In this document: piece by piece, positions 17,691 to 26,836 of the stretch
How the letters are laid out: each line of letters begins with the position of its first letter
Numbering within the stretch: the first letter of the stretch is position 1
IMG/VR virus record: IMGVR_UViG_3300042889_001272
Span: 124,001 to 188,000 of that record
Length of the DNA stretch: 64,000 nucleotides
Reading direction: 5' to 3' (one strand)
Notes under the pieces: model-generated
The model's input: only the letters and a program-made list of their open reading frames with translations
Told to the model about the DNA's origin: nothing
Database searches by the model: none
Program-made: the position numbers and the translations under genes

Positions 17691-17737
17691 GACTATGTGC
17701 AAGAAGTGTGTTATAATAAGAACATATGCTATAAATA
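17689..17737 (+). promoter_or_regulatory. tandem early (TTGACT-N17-TATAAT) and late (TATAAATA at 17730-17737) promoters
   Basis: Both motifs read directly upstream of ORF 17777. Confidence 0.65.
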
Positions 17738-17776
17738 AAATAGGTATATAATATATCAACCTTAAGGAGTATTTAA

Positions 17777-18007
17777 ATGAACATTAACGATCTTTCCGTT
17801 TTATTTGCGGCTGTCGAACTAGCTGTCAAACGTGGAACATTCAGTATTTTTGAAATTGGTACAGTCGGGCAATCCGCTGACCGTTTGGGAGCATTTTTAA
17901 AAGAAGCTAACGAACAAGCCAAGGCTGCTCAAGAAGCAGAACAAGCTGCCGCAGAAGGTCAAGCACCTGCTGAAGCCGCGCCTGAAGCTCCAGTAGAGCA
18001 GGCCTAA
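17777..18007 (+). CDS. hypothetical protein with Ala/Glu/Pro-rich tail
   Basis: 76 aa, AAGGAG RBS. Confidence 0.8.
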   Translation: MNINDLSVLFAAVELAVKRGTFSIFEIGTVGQSADRLGAFLKEANEQAKAAQEAEQAAAEGQAPAEAAPEAPVEQA

Positions 18008-18020
18008 TTAGGAATCGACT

Positions 18021-18602
18021 ATGCCTAAGTTTACTAAACATGTAGGGCAAGTTGTTAGCACAGGTAAGAAATGTGTTGTTGTATTTAGAACAATACCTAA
18101 TGACACATCTTCTTGCCTTGTTATACAAACAGAAGATATTCCCAGTCTTTATCACGATGACTTAATCAACGCTGTTGAAAGTGATAGTGCTCAAGAAGAC
18201 ATGGATTTCTACAAATATGCTCAACGTACACAATTCCATGATGGACGAACTATACTAGAAGGTAGTCATCAAAGTAATTGGATGATCAAATATCCAACCT
18301 CTGAGATTATGATGCTGCCAACTTTAGAACATAAAATTCTACTCAGCGATCTTAACCAAAAATTAGATCAAGCAGGTAGAACAACCAGCGGTGACATTAG
18401 TCAACCAGCACTAGAAGGTAAACCAGCTGGTATTTTGGATGAAAAAGACATTGCTAATCAAATGCGCGGTCAAGCGGCCTTCTTTCGCAAGGAAGCAGAA
18501 CGTTTACTTAAAGAAGCAAATGATTTAGATCCAACAGCGGTAACTGCCTCGCCCGTTGCTGAGGCTTCTACGCCTAAGCGAGCATACAATAAAAAAAAGT
18601 AA
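18021..18602 (+). CDS. conserved large-phage hypothetical protein
   Basis: 193 aa, AGGA RBS; KHVG...KCVVVFR.IP. Confidence 0.8.
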   Translation: MPKFTKHVGQVVSTGKKCVVVFRTIPNDTSSCLVIQTEDIPSLYHDDLINAVESDSAQEDMDFYKYAQRTQFHDGRTILEGSHQSNWMIKYPTSEIMMLPTLEHKILLSDLNQKLDQAGRTTSGDISQPALEGKPAGILDEKDIANQMRGQAAFFRKEAERLLKEANDLDPTAVTASPVAEASTPKRAYNKKK

Positions 18603-18618
18603 GTAAGGAACCCGAGCC

Positions 18619-18930
18619 ATGGCTATTAGGAAAAAGGATAGAAGTTTTGAAGAAATCCTTAAGGATGTTGTCATGGAAGAAGTTCCTATAGAATATATAA
18701 CACATATTCAACTTAAACTTATCAACGGAGATGTTCTTGAATTTAATCAAGAAGAACTAGAAGGCTTAAAAGATGCCGGCGAAATTCTCAAAGCACAGGG
18801 TCTAGAGCACTTGCGTGATAATATTCAAGACATCGAGGTTTTTATTGATAGCAGTAAAATCAAAAATCGCGTTATAAAGTATGTACGTGGTATATTAACC
18901 AGCCAATTTGGAGATGAAAGGCAGACATAG
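18619..18930 (+). CDS. hypothetical protein
   Basis: 103 aa, AAGGA RBS. Confidence 0.75.
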   Translation: MAIRKKDRSFEEILKDVVMEEVPIEYITHIQLKLINGDVLEFNQEELEGLKDAGEILKAQGLEHLRDNIQDIEVFIDSSKIKNRVIKYVRGILTSQFGDERQT

Positions 18931-18951
18931 TACTAAATACGTATGAATTAA

Positions 18952-19296
18952 ATGTTCATACTCATGTCAATAAAACCTGCTTGCCTTAATAAAACAACAA
19001 GCCCATTTGTGAAATCAGACGGGTCACTTCTTCCATGTTGTTGGGCAAGTACTAGTTCTGACACTATTAAATTTCTAGGCAAAGAAAAATATTCACAATT
19101 AAATTTATATCATCATACTGTTGATGAAATTTATTCATCTGATGCTTATAAATTAATAAAATCAAAAATATTAGGCGAAAATCCTTTTGATATATGCAAA
19201 CAGTGGTGTAATGTGTTGCGGCGATCACAGCGACAAGACTACTTCATAGATTCATCGGAAATAGATGACTACATTAATAAGTATATTACTTTATAA
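18952..19296 (+). CDS. stand-alone SPASM/twitch-type Fe-S domain protein
   Basis: C-x8-VKSDGSLLPCCW...NL....DEI...CKQWC; ACTAAATA motif at 18932-18939. Confidence 0.7.
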   Translation: MFILMSIKPACLNKTTSPFVKSDGSLLPCCWASTSSDTIKFLGKEKYSQLNLYHHTVDEIYSSDAYKLIKSKILGENPFDICKQWCNVLRRSQRQDYFIDSSEIDDYINKYITL

Positions 19297-19300
19297 TTTT

Positions 19301-19972
19301 ATGTATAAATTAAAGACCCAAGTAATAGAATTAGAACTAACTTCAAAATGCACACTGCTATGCCCTGAATGTGCTAGAACCATGGATAAAGAAGAAACTA
19401 AAAACAAATGGAATTTTGGTGAGTTAGATATAGAAATTATAGAAAAATTGGCCAGCCAAACTCCTTACATAAGAACATTTAATTTTTGTGGTGGTTACGG
19501 TGATCCAATTTATCATAGCAGACTATTTGATATAATTGATATTTGCCATCGTTATAATAAATCAATTCACATAGAAACTGCGGGCAATCTTAGAAGCAAA
19601 GAATGGTGGAATAAATTGTCATTAATCCTCGGTGAACGCGATTCTATTTGTTTCAGTGTAGACGGATTAAAACATAGTAATCACATTTACAGAATAAATT
19701 CCAATTGGGATAGCATATTGAATGCCATGACTATCATGAGTGAATCATCATGCCATACGAAATGGAAATGGATATTGTTCAAATCTAATCAAGATGATGT
19801 TTTGGAAGGTTACAAATTAAGCAAGAAACTTGGTATTAAAAAATTTGAGCTAGTGGAAAGCGGTAGAATAACTCCGGGGAATGAGCCTACTAAATCAGTA
19901 AAGCAGATTTTAGCAGAGTTAAGAGAATATAACGAAACACAAGGACTTGACAACTATATTATTTTAAAGTAA
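19301..19972 (+). CDS. radical SAM protein (core only; likely start 19301)
   Basis: CTLLCPEC, CGGYGDP, IETAG, FSVDG, KWKWILF. Confidence 0.88.
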   Translation: MYKLKTQVIELELTSKCTLLCPECARTMDKEETKNKWNFGELDIEIIEKLASQTPYIRTFNFCGGYGDPIYHSRLFDIIDICHRYNKSIHIETAGNLRSKEWWNKLSLILGERDSICFSVDGLKHSNHIYRINSNWDSILNAMTIMSESSCHTKWKWILFKSNQDDVLEGYKLSKKLGIKKFELVESGRITPGNEPTKSVKQILAELREYNETQGLDNYIILK

Positions 19973-19975
19973 AAT
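19947..19975 (+). promoter_or_regulatory. sigma70-type promoter for thyX
   Basis: TTGACA-N17-TAAAAT. Confidence 0.65.
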
Positions 19976-19997
19976 AATACTTTTAAAGAAGTTATAA

Positions 19998-20882
19998 ATG
20001 ACACTAAGAACAGAAATTAATTTTGAAACAGATAAGAACTATCTTCCAGTATTGGATCATGGTTTTGTAGGTCTTGTTGACTACATGGGCAGTGATAGCG
20101 CCATCGTTCAAGCCGCTCGTGTTAGTTATGGTGCTGGGACAAAACAAGTTCAAGATGATAGAAACCTAATCCGGTATCTAATGCGTCACGAACATACTAC
20201 ACCTTTTGAAATGTGTGAGGTAAAGTTCCACATTAAACTTCCTATCTTCGTTATGCGACAGTTGGTACGTCATCGTACTGCCAGCATGAACGAATACAGT
20301 GCTCGTTATAGTGTGCTTACAGATGAGTTTTACATTCCCGAACTAGAACAAATCCAAAAGCAAAGCACAAGTAACAAACAAGGGCGTGAAGATGCCGAGT
20401 GGGGCTTTGAAGAAAAGCGTGGCGTTCAACATGCCTTCCAACGTAGCTTTCATAATGCATACAAAGAATATGCAAGTTTGCTAGGTAAGGAAGATTCTGG
20501 ACTAGCACGTGAGTTGGCTAGAAGTGTGCTTCCGGTAGGCGGATATACAGAATTGTATTGGAAAGCCAACTTGAAGAACTTTTTACACATGGCTCGCTTG
20601 CGTATGGATCCACATGCACAATGGGAGATCCGTGAGTTTGCAGGTGCTATGTATAACTTGGTTAAACCTTTGTTCCCAGAGGCTTGCGTGGCATTCGAGG
20701 ACTACGCTGTTAACTCAGTTAAGTTGAGTACTGGAGAATATCAGCTTGTTAAGAGTTTAATCAGCAAAGAAAAATGGGCTACTATGGTTACAAAATACGG
20801 CAATGACGAAAAAGCCCTGGGACAAGACGTAGGGCTTGGTGCTCGTGAACTCAAAGAGTTTAAAGAAAAATTAGGCTTGTAA
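19998..20882 (+). CDS. thyX: FAD-dependent thymidylate synthase
   Basis: AARVSY, HTTPFE, RQLVRHRTASMNEYSARY, ARSVLP, HAQWEIR. Confidence 0.97.
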   Translation: MTLRTEINFETDKNYLPVLDHGFVGLVDYMGSDSAIVQAARVSYGAGTKQVQDDRNLIRYLMRHEHTTPFEMCEVKFHIKLPIFVMRQLVRHRTASMNEYSARYSVLTDEFYIPELEQIQKQSTSNKQGREDAEWGFEEKRGVQHAFQRSFHNAYKEYASLLGKEDSGLARELARSVLPVGGYTELYWKANLKNFLHMARLRMDPHAQWEIREFAGAMYNLVKPLFPEACVAFEDYAVNSVKLSTGEYQLVKSLISKEKWATMVTKYGNDEKALGQDVGLGARELKEFKEKLGL

Positions 20883-21425
20883 AGGATCAACGCTGATTTC
20901 ATTTATATGAAACTCAGCGGGTTGTTCTAAAATCCATTTAATATAACTAGCCGCACCCTGAATAGGAATTGTTTTCCTGTCAGGGTGTTTTGCTTGTACA
21001 TTACTTAAACTGCCAAAGCTAATTAATGTGACTCTGGGGTTCTTTGCCCAGACTCCGGACATGCCTAGACTATTAGCGTAATCGCGCAATGCTTTCTTTT
21101 CAGCATTATAAAGCCAATCTGTGGCTTTCATCACTCTGTCAGTAGTACTACCTATACAAATAATCAAAGTTTGTTTGCCTGCTAGTTTAAGTTTCTTGTA
21201 TACCGCTTCGAGTAGCAAAACTTGATTAAACTTCCATAATGCACTATTAATAATTACTGCATCATAATCAACACTCATCTCGGCAAATACTTGTTGATTC
21301 TCTGCTTTAGTTAAATCTAAATCATGAGTTGTTCTACTTACAAATGTTAATTCATGTTGTGTTAACTCTAAATTTAGTGCCTCTGCTAGACCAAAATCTG
21401 GATTACCTGATATTAATATTTTCAT
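20871..21425 (-). CDS. short-chain dehydrogenase/reductase-like protein
   Basis: ILISG..FGLA Rossmann start, IINSA, IGS, YxxxK (YNAEK). Confidence 0.7.
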   Translation of the reverse strand: MKILISGNPDFGLAEALNLELTQHELTFVSRTTHDLDLTKAENQQVFAEMSVDYDAVIINSALWKFNQVLLLEAVYKKLKLAGKQTLIICIGSTTDRVMKATDWLYNAEKKALRDYANSLGMSGVWAKNPRVTLISFGSLSNVQAKHPDRKTIPIQGAASYIKWILEQPAEFHINEISVDPLQA

Positions 21426-22588
21426 AAGAATGTTGTATCTCCTGGGAACAAAGGTAATTTAGTGCCTGGCGCACGTTTTGGAATCTTACTGTCAGCACTA
21501 CTCACACAACTTGTTCCGCCACAGGGCATTGGTTTATCGTATAACTTGAAGCCGGTTTCGATATGTCCTAATGGAACTTCACTACAACTGTAACTACGTT
21601 TTACTGTGCCATCTGGTTCGCGGATAATAATACTTCGATAGCCACTGCTACACTCCCAACCATTGAAGTTGTTAAAGTTGAATGCGTTAAAACGTTCTGC
21701 CTGATCCATGAACCATGGATTTCCTTCTTTATCAACAAATTCGATTTGATAATGAGGGTCAACATCGACTTGTTTTTTACGACTAGGATCGGCTCTATCA
21801 ATTATAAAAGTAGGTTTTGGACGTTGAACAAGGCCTGCGGCTAATGCTTTTTCTTCTGTGTAAGCACGTTGTGGCATACCATTGTGTAACTTAGCCAACA
21901 TCTCGGGTGTATAACCATCTACTACACGGCTTGCTGTGGGATCGCTTTGTGGCTTGAGTGTAACGTTAATACCTCTATTATGAAAGTATAAACTTAGATC
22001 ATAAATCTCGTTGAACTGCTCTGGAACCATGACCATGTTGATAGTAATCTGAGTGTCATATTCTTGACACAAGACTAACTTGTCAGCAAACTCTTCAACC
22101 TTCTTATCAGTGTCGACGTGTTCACGATGACAACTTGCTGTGATACTAGCACGATGGAAGTGCTTGACTGCTGGTACATACTTTTCTTCAAACCATTTAA
22201 TCGGTCGACTCATGTTACTGGTCATATGTACACTAGTATAGTTTGTGTTAGCCGCATCATTGTTTAAGTGATTAAGGATATCAATGTACGCAGGATGGAA
22301 TGTGGGTTCTCCGCCACTTAAACTAAAGTGGAAACTATTAAATCCATTTTCTCTTGCTTGACGTTTGATCTCGTCCACAGTATGCAACATCAAAGGAGTG
22401 GGACGATGATCTTTAGTATCACTGCGAGCATAAGGCCAGCAATAACTGCAACGATAGTTACAGTAGCGTCCTAGTAGCCACGATACGGTAAACATATCGC
22501 GGTATAGCATTGTTCTTTGTCCAACTCTAACTAGATCCTTAAACGGAATCTTAGTAAAGTCATAATCACTGGTTTTTAAATCACTCAT
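21422..22588 (-). CDS. radical SAM protein with C-terminal SPASM/twitch
   Basis: CNYRCSYC, SGGEP, TSN; WECSSG...DG...C...CVSSAD. Confidence 0.92.
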   Translation of the reverse strand: MSDLKTSDYDFTKIPFKDLVRVGQRTMLYRDMFTVSWLLGRYCNYRCSYCWPYARSDTKDHRPTPLMLHTVDEIKRQARENGFNSFHFSLSGGEPTFHPAYIDILNHLNNDAANTNYTSVHMTSNMSRPIKWFEEKYVPAVKHFHRASITASCHREHVDTDKKVEEFADKLVLCQEYDTQITINMVMVPEQFNEIYDLSLYFHNRGINVTLKPQSDPTASRVVDGYTPEMLAKLHNGMPQRAYTEEKALAAGLVQRPKPTFIIDRADPSRKKQVDVDPHYQIEFVDKEGNPWFMDQAERFNAFNFNNFNGWECSSGYRSIIIREPDGTVKRSYSCSEVPLGHIETGFKLYDKPMPCGGTSCVSSADSKIPKRAPGTKLPLFPGDTTFL

Positions 22589-22811
22589 TTTGTTCGTAGA
22601 TAAATTTTACGTCCTTGCCCGGACCGACTTCGCTGGGCATGCCACCGTATTGCTTGACATACCATTCTATGGCTGCGATGTACCAACCTTGACTGTTATG
22701 TCTACTTTCTTTGTTAAAAATATATATATTGTCGTTGGTTGCTGGCATCGTACTTATAATGCGGGCCGCTTCTAATTGTAATTTGCGTAATGGAAGATCT
22801 TGTATATTCAT
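22581..22811 (-). CDS. hypothetical protein
   Basis: 76 aa, overlaps both neighbours. Confidence 0.65.
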   Translation of the reverse strand: MNIQDLPLRKLQLEAARIISTMPATNDNIYIFNKESRHNSQGWYIAAIEWYVKQYGGMPSEVGPGKDVKFIYEQNE

Positions 22812-23785
22812 TATACATATTTATTTTTTGTTGCCATCAAATCTGGCATACACCAACAAGTGTTATAGGGACAGATTACTCCGGAAGTAGGTAAGTTCAT
22901 AATATTTGATTCTTTCCAATTACCAAAATCTTCGTCTGTGCCTATCATACATCCACTACCCCTGCGTATTGTGCCATTGGCATCAAGTGTTATTTTATCA
23001 ACTCCTATACCACAGCTCCAATCTTTAAATTTGTTTTGTTCATCCACAAGTATCTGTCCTGTGACTTCTTGCAAGCGTTGTTGCCTCAAATATGTAAAAC
23101 TAGACTTATATATACTCTTTCTGGACTTGGCTACTTTTCTGTTTGCTTGTATATAGTTCATTTGTTCTTGTGTATATAATACTTTACTATCTGCAACAGC
23201 TTCGTATCTGTTATCCACTAATTTTAATTCGAGACTGGTAAACTCTTTGACATTGTTTAATATGTACTCGCGAGCTTCGAGTACCTTATCCCAAACTGCT
23301 GGCCAAGCAAGAATCAATATAGTCTTATATTCATTGTCCAATGCATTTATACTTTCCACAAACTTTTCTACACTTTTGACCTGTGTAGGATGATAACTGA
23401 ACACCACCGAAGATACCTGTGTACCTATTCTACGCCAATAATCTTCAGGCATTACTCCATTGGTAATAAATTTAATATTACTATCTGGACTATTTTTTTT
23501 AATTATATCTATAGCTTCGGGTAGTTTTTTCCATATAGCAAGTTCGCCGCCCAGTAATGTATATTCAAGGCGCCGACTTTTTCCATAATGTGATTGTAAC
23601 TCGCGTGTAGTGTAATCAATGCTGTCTAAACTAGGCCAGCCAAAACTACCATCATGTATTATGCTGGGACAATATTCGCAGGCATAGTTACATACGTTGG
23701 TCATTGTCCAATCAATGATTACCCAATCAGGATCTGCCTGTATCCTATCAAACAGTAAAGTTTTCATATAATTCCGGGCAGACAT
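22811..23785 (-). CDS. radical SAM protein with C-terminal SPASM/twitch
   Basis: CNYACEYC, LGGE, ITNG; WSCGIG...C...CPYNTCWC. Confidence 0.92.
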   Translation of the reverse strand: MSARNYMKTLLFDRIQADPDWVIIDWTMTNVCNYACEYCPSIIHDGSFGWPSLDSIDYTTRELQSHYGKSRRLEYTLLGGELAIWKKLPEAIDIIKKNSPDSNIKFITNGVMPEDYWRRIGTQVSSVVFSYHPTQVKSVEKFVESINALDNEYKTILILAWPAVWDKVLEAREYILNNVKEFTSLELKLVDNRYEAVADSKVLYTQEQMNYIQANRKVAKSRKSIYKSSFTYLRQQRLQEVTGQILVDEQNKFKDWSCGIGVDKITLDANGTIRRGSGCMIGTDEDFGNWKESNIMNLPTSGVICPYNTCWCMPDLMATKNKYV

Positions 23786-24947
23786 CCCGTAGACTTTGAT
23801 TGCGTTTATTATCTAATAATGATGTAAACTTTTTAAAATCATGCCAGTTTGCACTTGTTTTTGTCATAGTAAGATTTTTTTTCATATTATCCAAAAAGAA
23901 TTTATTAGCAGGATCGTATTTTTGTTCTACATACTCTATTTGTGCAAGAGCTTTTTGTTTAATACTATCTGGTGCTGTGGCAACATGCAAGTATTGTGGG
24001 TGTGTAAGTAATCTATATTCTATCCACTCGACGGGTCGTTTAATAAGAGATTCTGCCCAGTCGTAAAACTCTTTTACGTTTAGCATATTGTATATTTGAT
24101 AGCTGGCATTGGGACTGAATAAAAAGTTCTTGTATTCGTTCCTGAACTTGCATAACATGTCTATTTTACCCGTGAGTTCTTCCCAAGTGCATTGCTCTCC
24201 GCCACGCATGTATTCGAATAACTTGCCCGTACCATCTACACTGATATTAATATTAACTGATTTTGCTTTGCGTAAACGTAATAAATGTTCTTCCCGTAGC
24301 AAACTACCATTGGTTGTTATACTCAGTCTAACATTCTTTAGTATACCCGAATTGTCCAGCACATCAAATACATCCAATAAATCATTGTTAATAAAAGGTT
24401 CTCCGCCGGTTACAGTTATCATACGAAGATCTGTTAATTGTGGCAATAAGTTGGTGACAAATGTCATTAAGTCATTTCTGTTCTTTGTGTAGTCTACATA
24501 TTCTTCTCGCTTGAATCCATTGTCTCTCAGCAACTTATCGTCATTGATCCAACTGTTACTGAACATGCTGTTGCACATTCTACATTTAAAATTGCAGAGA
24601 TTACTAGTATTCAAAAACAAATGATATATGTTATTTCCAGTTTTACTGTTTTCAAAGTCTTTACTGTCCCATATATCACCATTCCACCAACGCTCATTAT
24701 TTTTCCAATTAAGACGCTGGCTTACCACGCCCTGTTTCTCTCGCTCGTGACAGGTATTACAGCCCGGTAGATTCCAAACTCCATCCACCATGTCTGTACG
24801 TAATTGCACAAACTTTCCATTGTCCCAGACATTTTGGTCTGTCATTAGTCCCATGGGCGTTGAACTCATCATGCATCTACTTATAAAACCAGCAGGATGT
24901 GTAGATATACTTGCAAATGGAATTAAACAAACTTTATCAGGTATCAT
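23748..24947 (-). CDS. radical SAM protein with N-terminal twitch-like domain
   Basis: CLIPF...RC...GCNTC; CNFKCRMC; TGGEP; TTNG. Confidence 0.92.
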   Translation of the reverse strand: MIPDKVCLIPFASISTHPAGFISRCMMSSTPMGLMTDQNVWDNGKFVQLRTDMVDGVWNLPGCNTCHEREKQGVVSQRLNWKNNERWWNGDIWDSKDFENSKTGNNIYHLFLNTSNLCNFKCRMCNSMFSNSWINDDKLLRDNGFKREEYVDYTKNRNDLMTFVTNLLPQLTDLRMITVTGGEPFINNDLLDVFDVLDNSGILKNVRLSITTNGSLLREEHLLRLRKAKSVNINISVDGTGKLFEYMRGGEQCTWEELTGKIDMLCKFRNEYKNFLFSPNASYQIYNMLNVKEFYDWAESLIKRPVEWIEYRLLTHPQYLHVATAPDSIKQKALAQIEYVEQKYDPANKFFLDNMKKNLTMTKTSANWHDFKKFTSLLDNKRNQSLRDVCPELYENFTV

Positions 24948-26106
24948 TTAGTTCTGGTACTAGCTTGGATATAGCTTCATCTCTACTTGCATCTAAAGTT
25001 GTTGTGTACTTGACAAAAGCAGGCCATTTATTATTCCAGTCTTCTGCTATCATGTAATCTATTAATGATGTCACCCTTTTAATATTCAAATAAGGTTGCA
25101 GTCGTTGTATTGCCAGCTTTTTTAAATTTTCGGGCAGGATGCGTACATTTAAATAATCAGGGTGATCCAATATGTTTAAGTGTATATCAGTTATAGACAA
25201 GTCAGTGAGATAATCAAAAAACTTGTCTAATTGTAATACATTGTATACCTGTACTGTACAATGAACTTGAAGATCTATCTTGCCCTGTTCACTCATCTCA
25301 ATAAAAGTAGCAAGATTCTTTTCCACCAAAGCCCAGCCTGTTGGATATCTAATATATCTATTGAGATCACCATGGGCATCTATGCTTGCATTGATTTTAA
25401 TCTTCTTAAAATGTTGCCAATAGTTTACTAGTTTCTTGGGCAAATTAGTACAATTTGTATTGTACTTCAAAGTAATGTTTTTAGCAAGATCTAATTCAAT
25501 TAACTTATCAAATAGTTTATATTGACTCAACGCCAAAGTTGGCTCGCCGCCTGTTAGATAAATTTCTTCAATAGTATTTGCCAACTTTAACAAGTTAACT
25601 GCAACTGCGTCGTCATTGGGCCAATCCATACTGCTAAGACGTTTAATTTCAGAATCATTTAACTGTTGCTCAACTAAATGCCATTCGTCTACCCATTGAT
25701 TACTAGCATATGGATTACACATGCGGCATTTTAAATTGCACAAGTTGCCCAAGCGTATATCAATATATTGTACTGTAAGTTCAGGAGTTGCAGTAGGTTC
25801 ATAGTCAAACATATACTTTTCATTCCAGGCTAGTCTTGAACTACGTACACCGCTGTCTTCCTCTCTAAAGCAACGTTCACACATTGCAGGCCTTTGATCT
25901 GTTAGTAGTTCACTGCGAATTTTCTTCATAGTGTCACTGTGCCAGAAATCCTGCATGTCAGGATCTGTGATCTTATACGCTTTGTTTGTTCCATTGCGTA
26001 GAATAAAGTTTTTACCGGGTGTACTATTACAGCATACTCGTAGGTTGCCACTGGCATTGGTTGCTAAATGCATCCATGGTAGAATACAGAATGTTTTACT
26101 TTGCAT
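24937..26106 (-). CDS. radical SAM protein with N-terminal twitch-like domain
   Basis: CILPW...VCC...CERC; DIRLGNLCNLKCRMC; TGGEP; YNTN. Confidence 0.93.
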   Translation of the reverse strand: MQSKTFCILPWMHLATNASGNLRVCCNSTPGKNFILRNGTNKAYKITDPDMQDFWHSDTMKKIRSELLTDQRPAMCERCFREEDSGVRSSRLAWNEKYMFDYEPTATPELTVQYIDIRLGNLCNLKCRMCNPYASNQWVDEWHLVEQQLNDSEIKRLSSMDWPNDDAVAVNLLKLANTIEEIYLTGGEPTLALSQYKLFDKLIELDLAKNITLKYNTNCTNLPKKLVNYWQHFKKIKINASIDAHGDLNRYIRYPTGWALVEKNLATFIEMSEQGKIDLQVHCTVQVYNVLQLDKFFDYLTDLSITDIHLNILDHPDYLNVRILPENLKKLAIQRLQPYLNIKRVTSLIDYMIAEDWNNKWPAFVKYTTTLDASRDEAISKLVPELNDT

Positions 26107-26836
26107 TTAATTCTTCTAATAATAAATCGTAACTTCTACACATGACTTCTGCATGTTTCTCCCCAGGCGCACCGTGTATAATCATATGAATTCTAGGTTC
26201 TGATCCTATGTGTCTAACACTATGACGTCTACCTATGTCTATTGCTCTTGCATCGCCTGGTTGCCATGGAATTAATCCCGCATCTTCCATGACAAATTCA
26301 ACTCCATCTGGATTATTGATGGCAATATTGTATGCTGCCATTTTACGAACTTCGTAGTCAGCATGTGGTTTAATATAGCCACCCGGCAATAAAAGCATAA
26401 ACCTAACACGATCGAAATGTTTGAAATTCCATGTATTTTTTAACCAGCCAACAGTTACAGGACAAACGTCTGCAATATCAGTCCACGTATACACTGGTTG
26501 TTCTGTGAAGTTATATACTTTACTGCGCCAGTCGTCGGTGGTGTATTTGTCATAGCCGTGGATTACAAGACTATGCCAGCCAGGATGCTCGTTGCCTCTG
26601 TGTTTTACAAACTCATCCATTAAAGATAACGCTTCGGCTTCTATTTCTTTTTGTGGTAACGGCAAGTCCAACTTAAGACTGGGGCAGTTGCTTTCTTTTT
26701 CTATCCAGCTAAAGTAATCTTTCATTAACTGCCTGTCTGATCTCCAATTAGAAAACTTTTCAGGGCGTGTATTTAATGAACTATAGTGTGAAAAGTCTTT
26801 CCACTCGTCGAAAAATTCTGTTACTTCGTTATCCAT
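26096..26836 (-). CDS. aspartyl/asparaginyl beta-hydroxylase-like 2OG-Fe(II) oxygenase
   Basis: RVRFMLLLPGGYIKPHAD...HSV...PRIHMIIH. Confidence 0.8.
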   Translation of the reverse strand: MDNEVTEFFDEWKDFSHYSSLNTRPEKFSNWRSDRQLMKDYFSWIEKESNCPSLKLDLPLPQKEIEAEALSLMDEFVKHRGNEHPGWHSLVIHGYDKYTTDDWRSKVYNFTEQPVYTWTDIADVCPVTVGWLKNTWNFKHFDRVRFMLLLPGGYIKPHADYEVRKMAAYNIAINNPDGVEFVMEDAGLIPWQPGDARAIDIGRRHSVRHIGSEPRIHMIIHGAPGEKHAEVMCRSYDLLLEELNAK

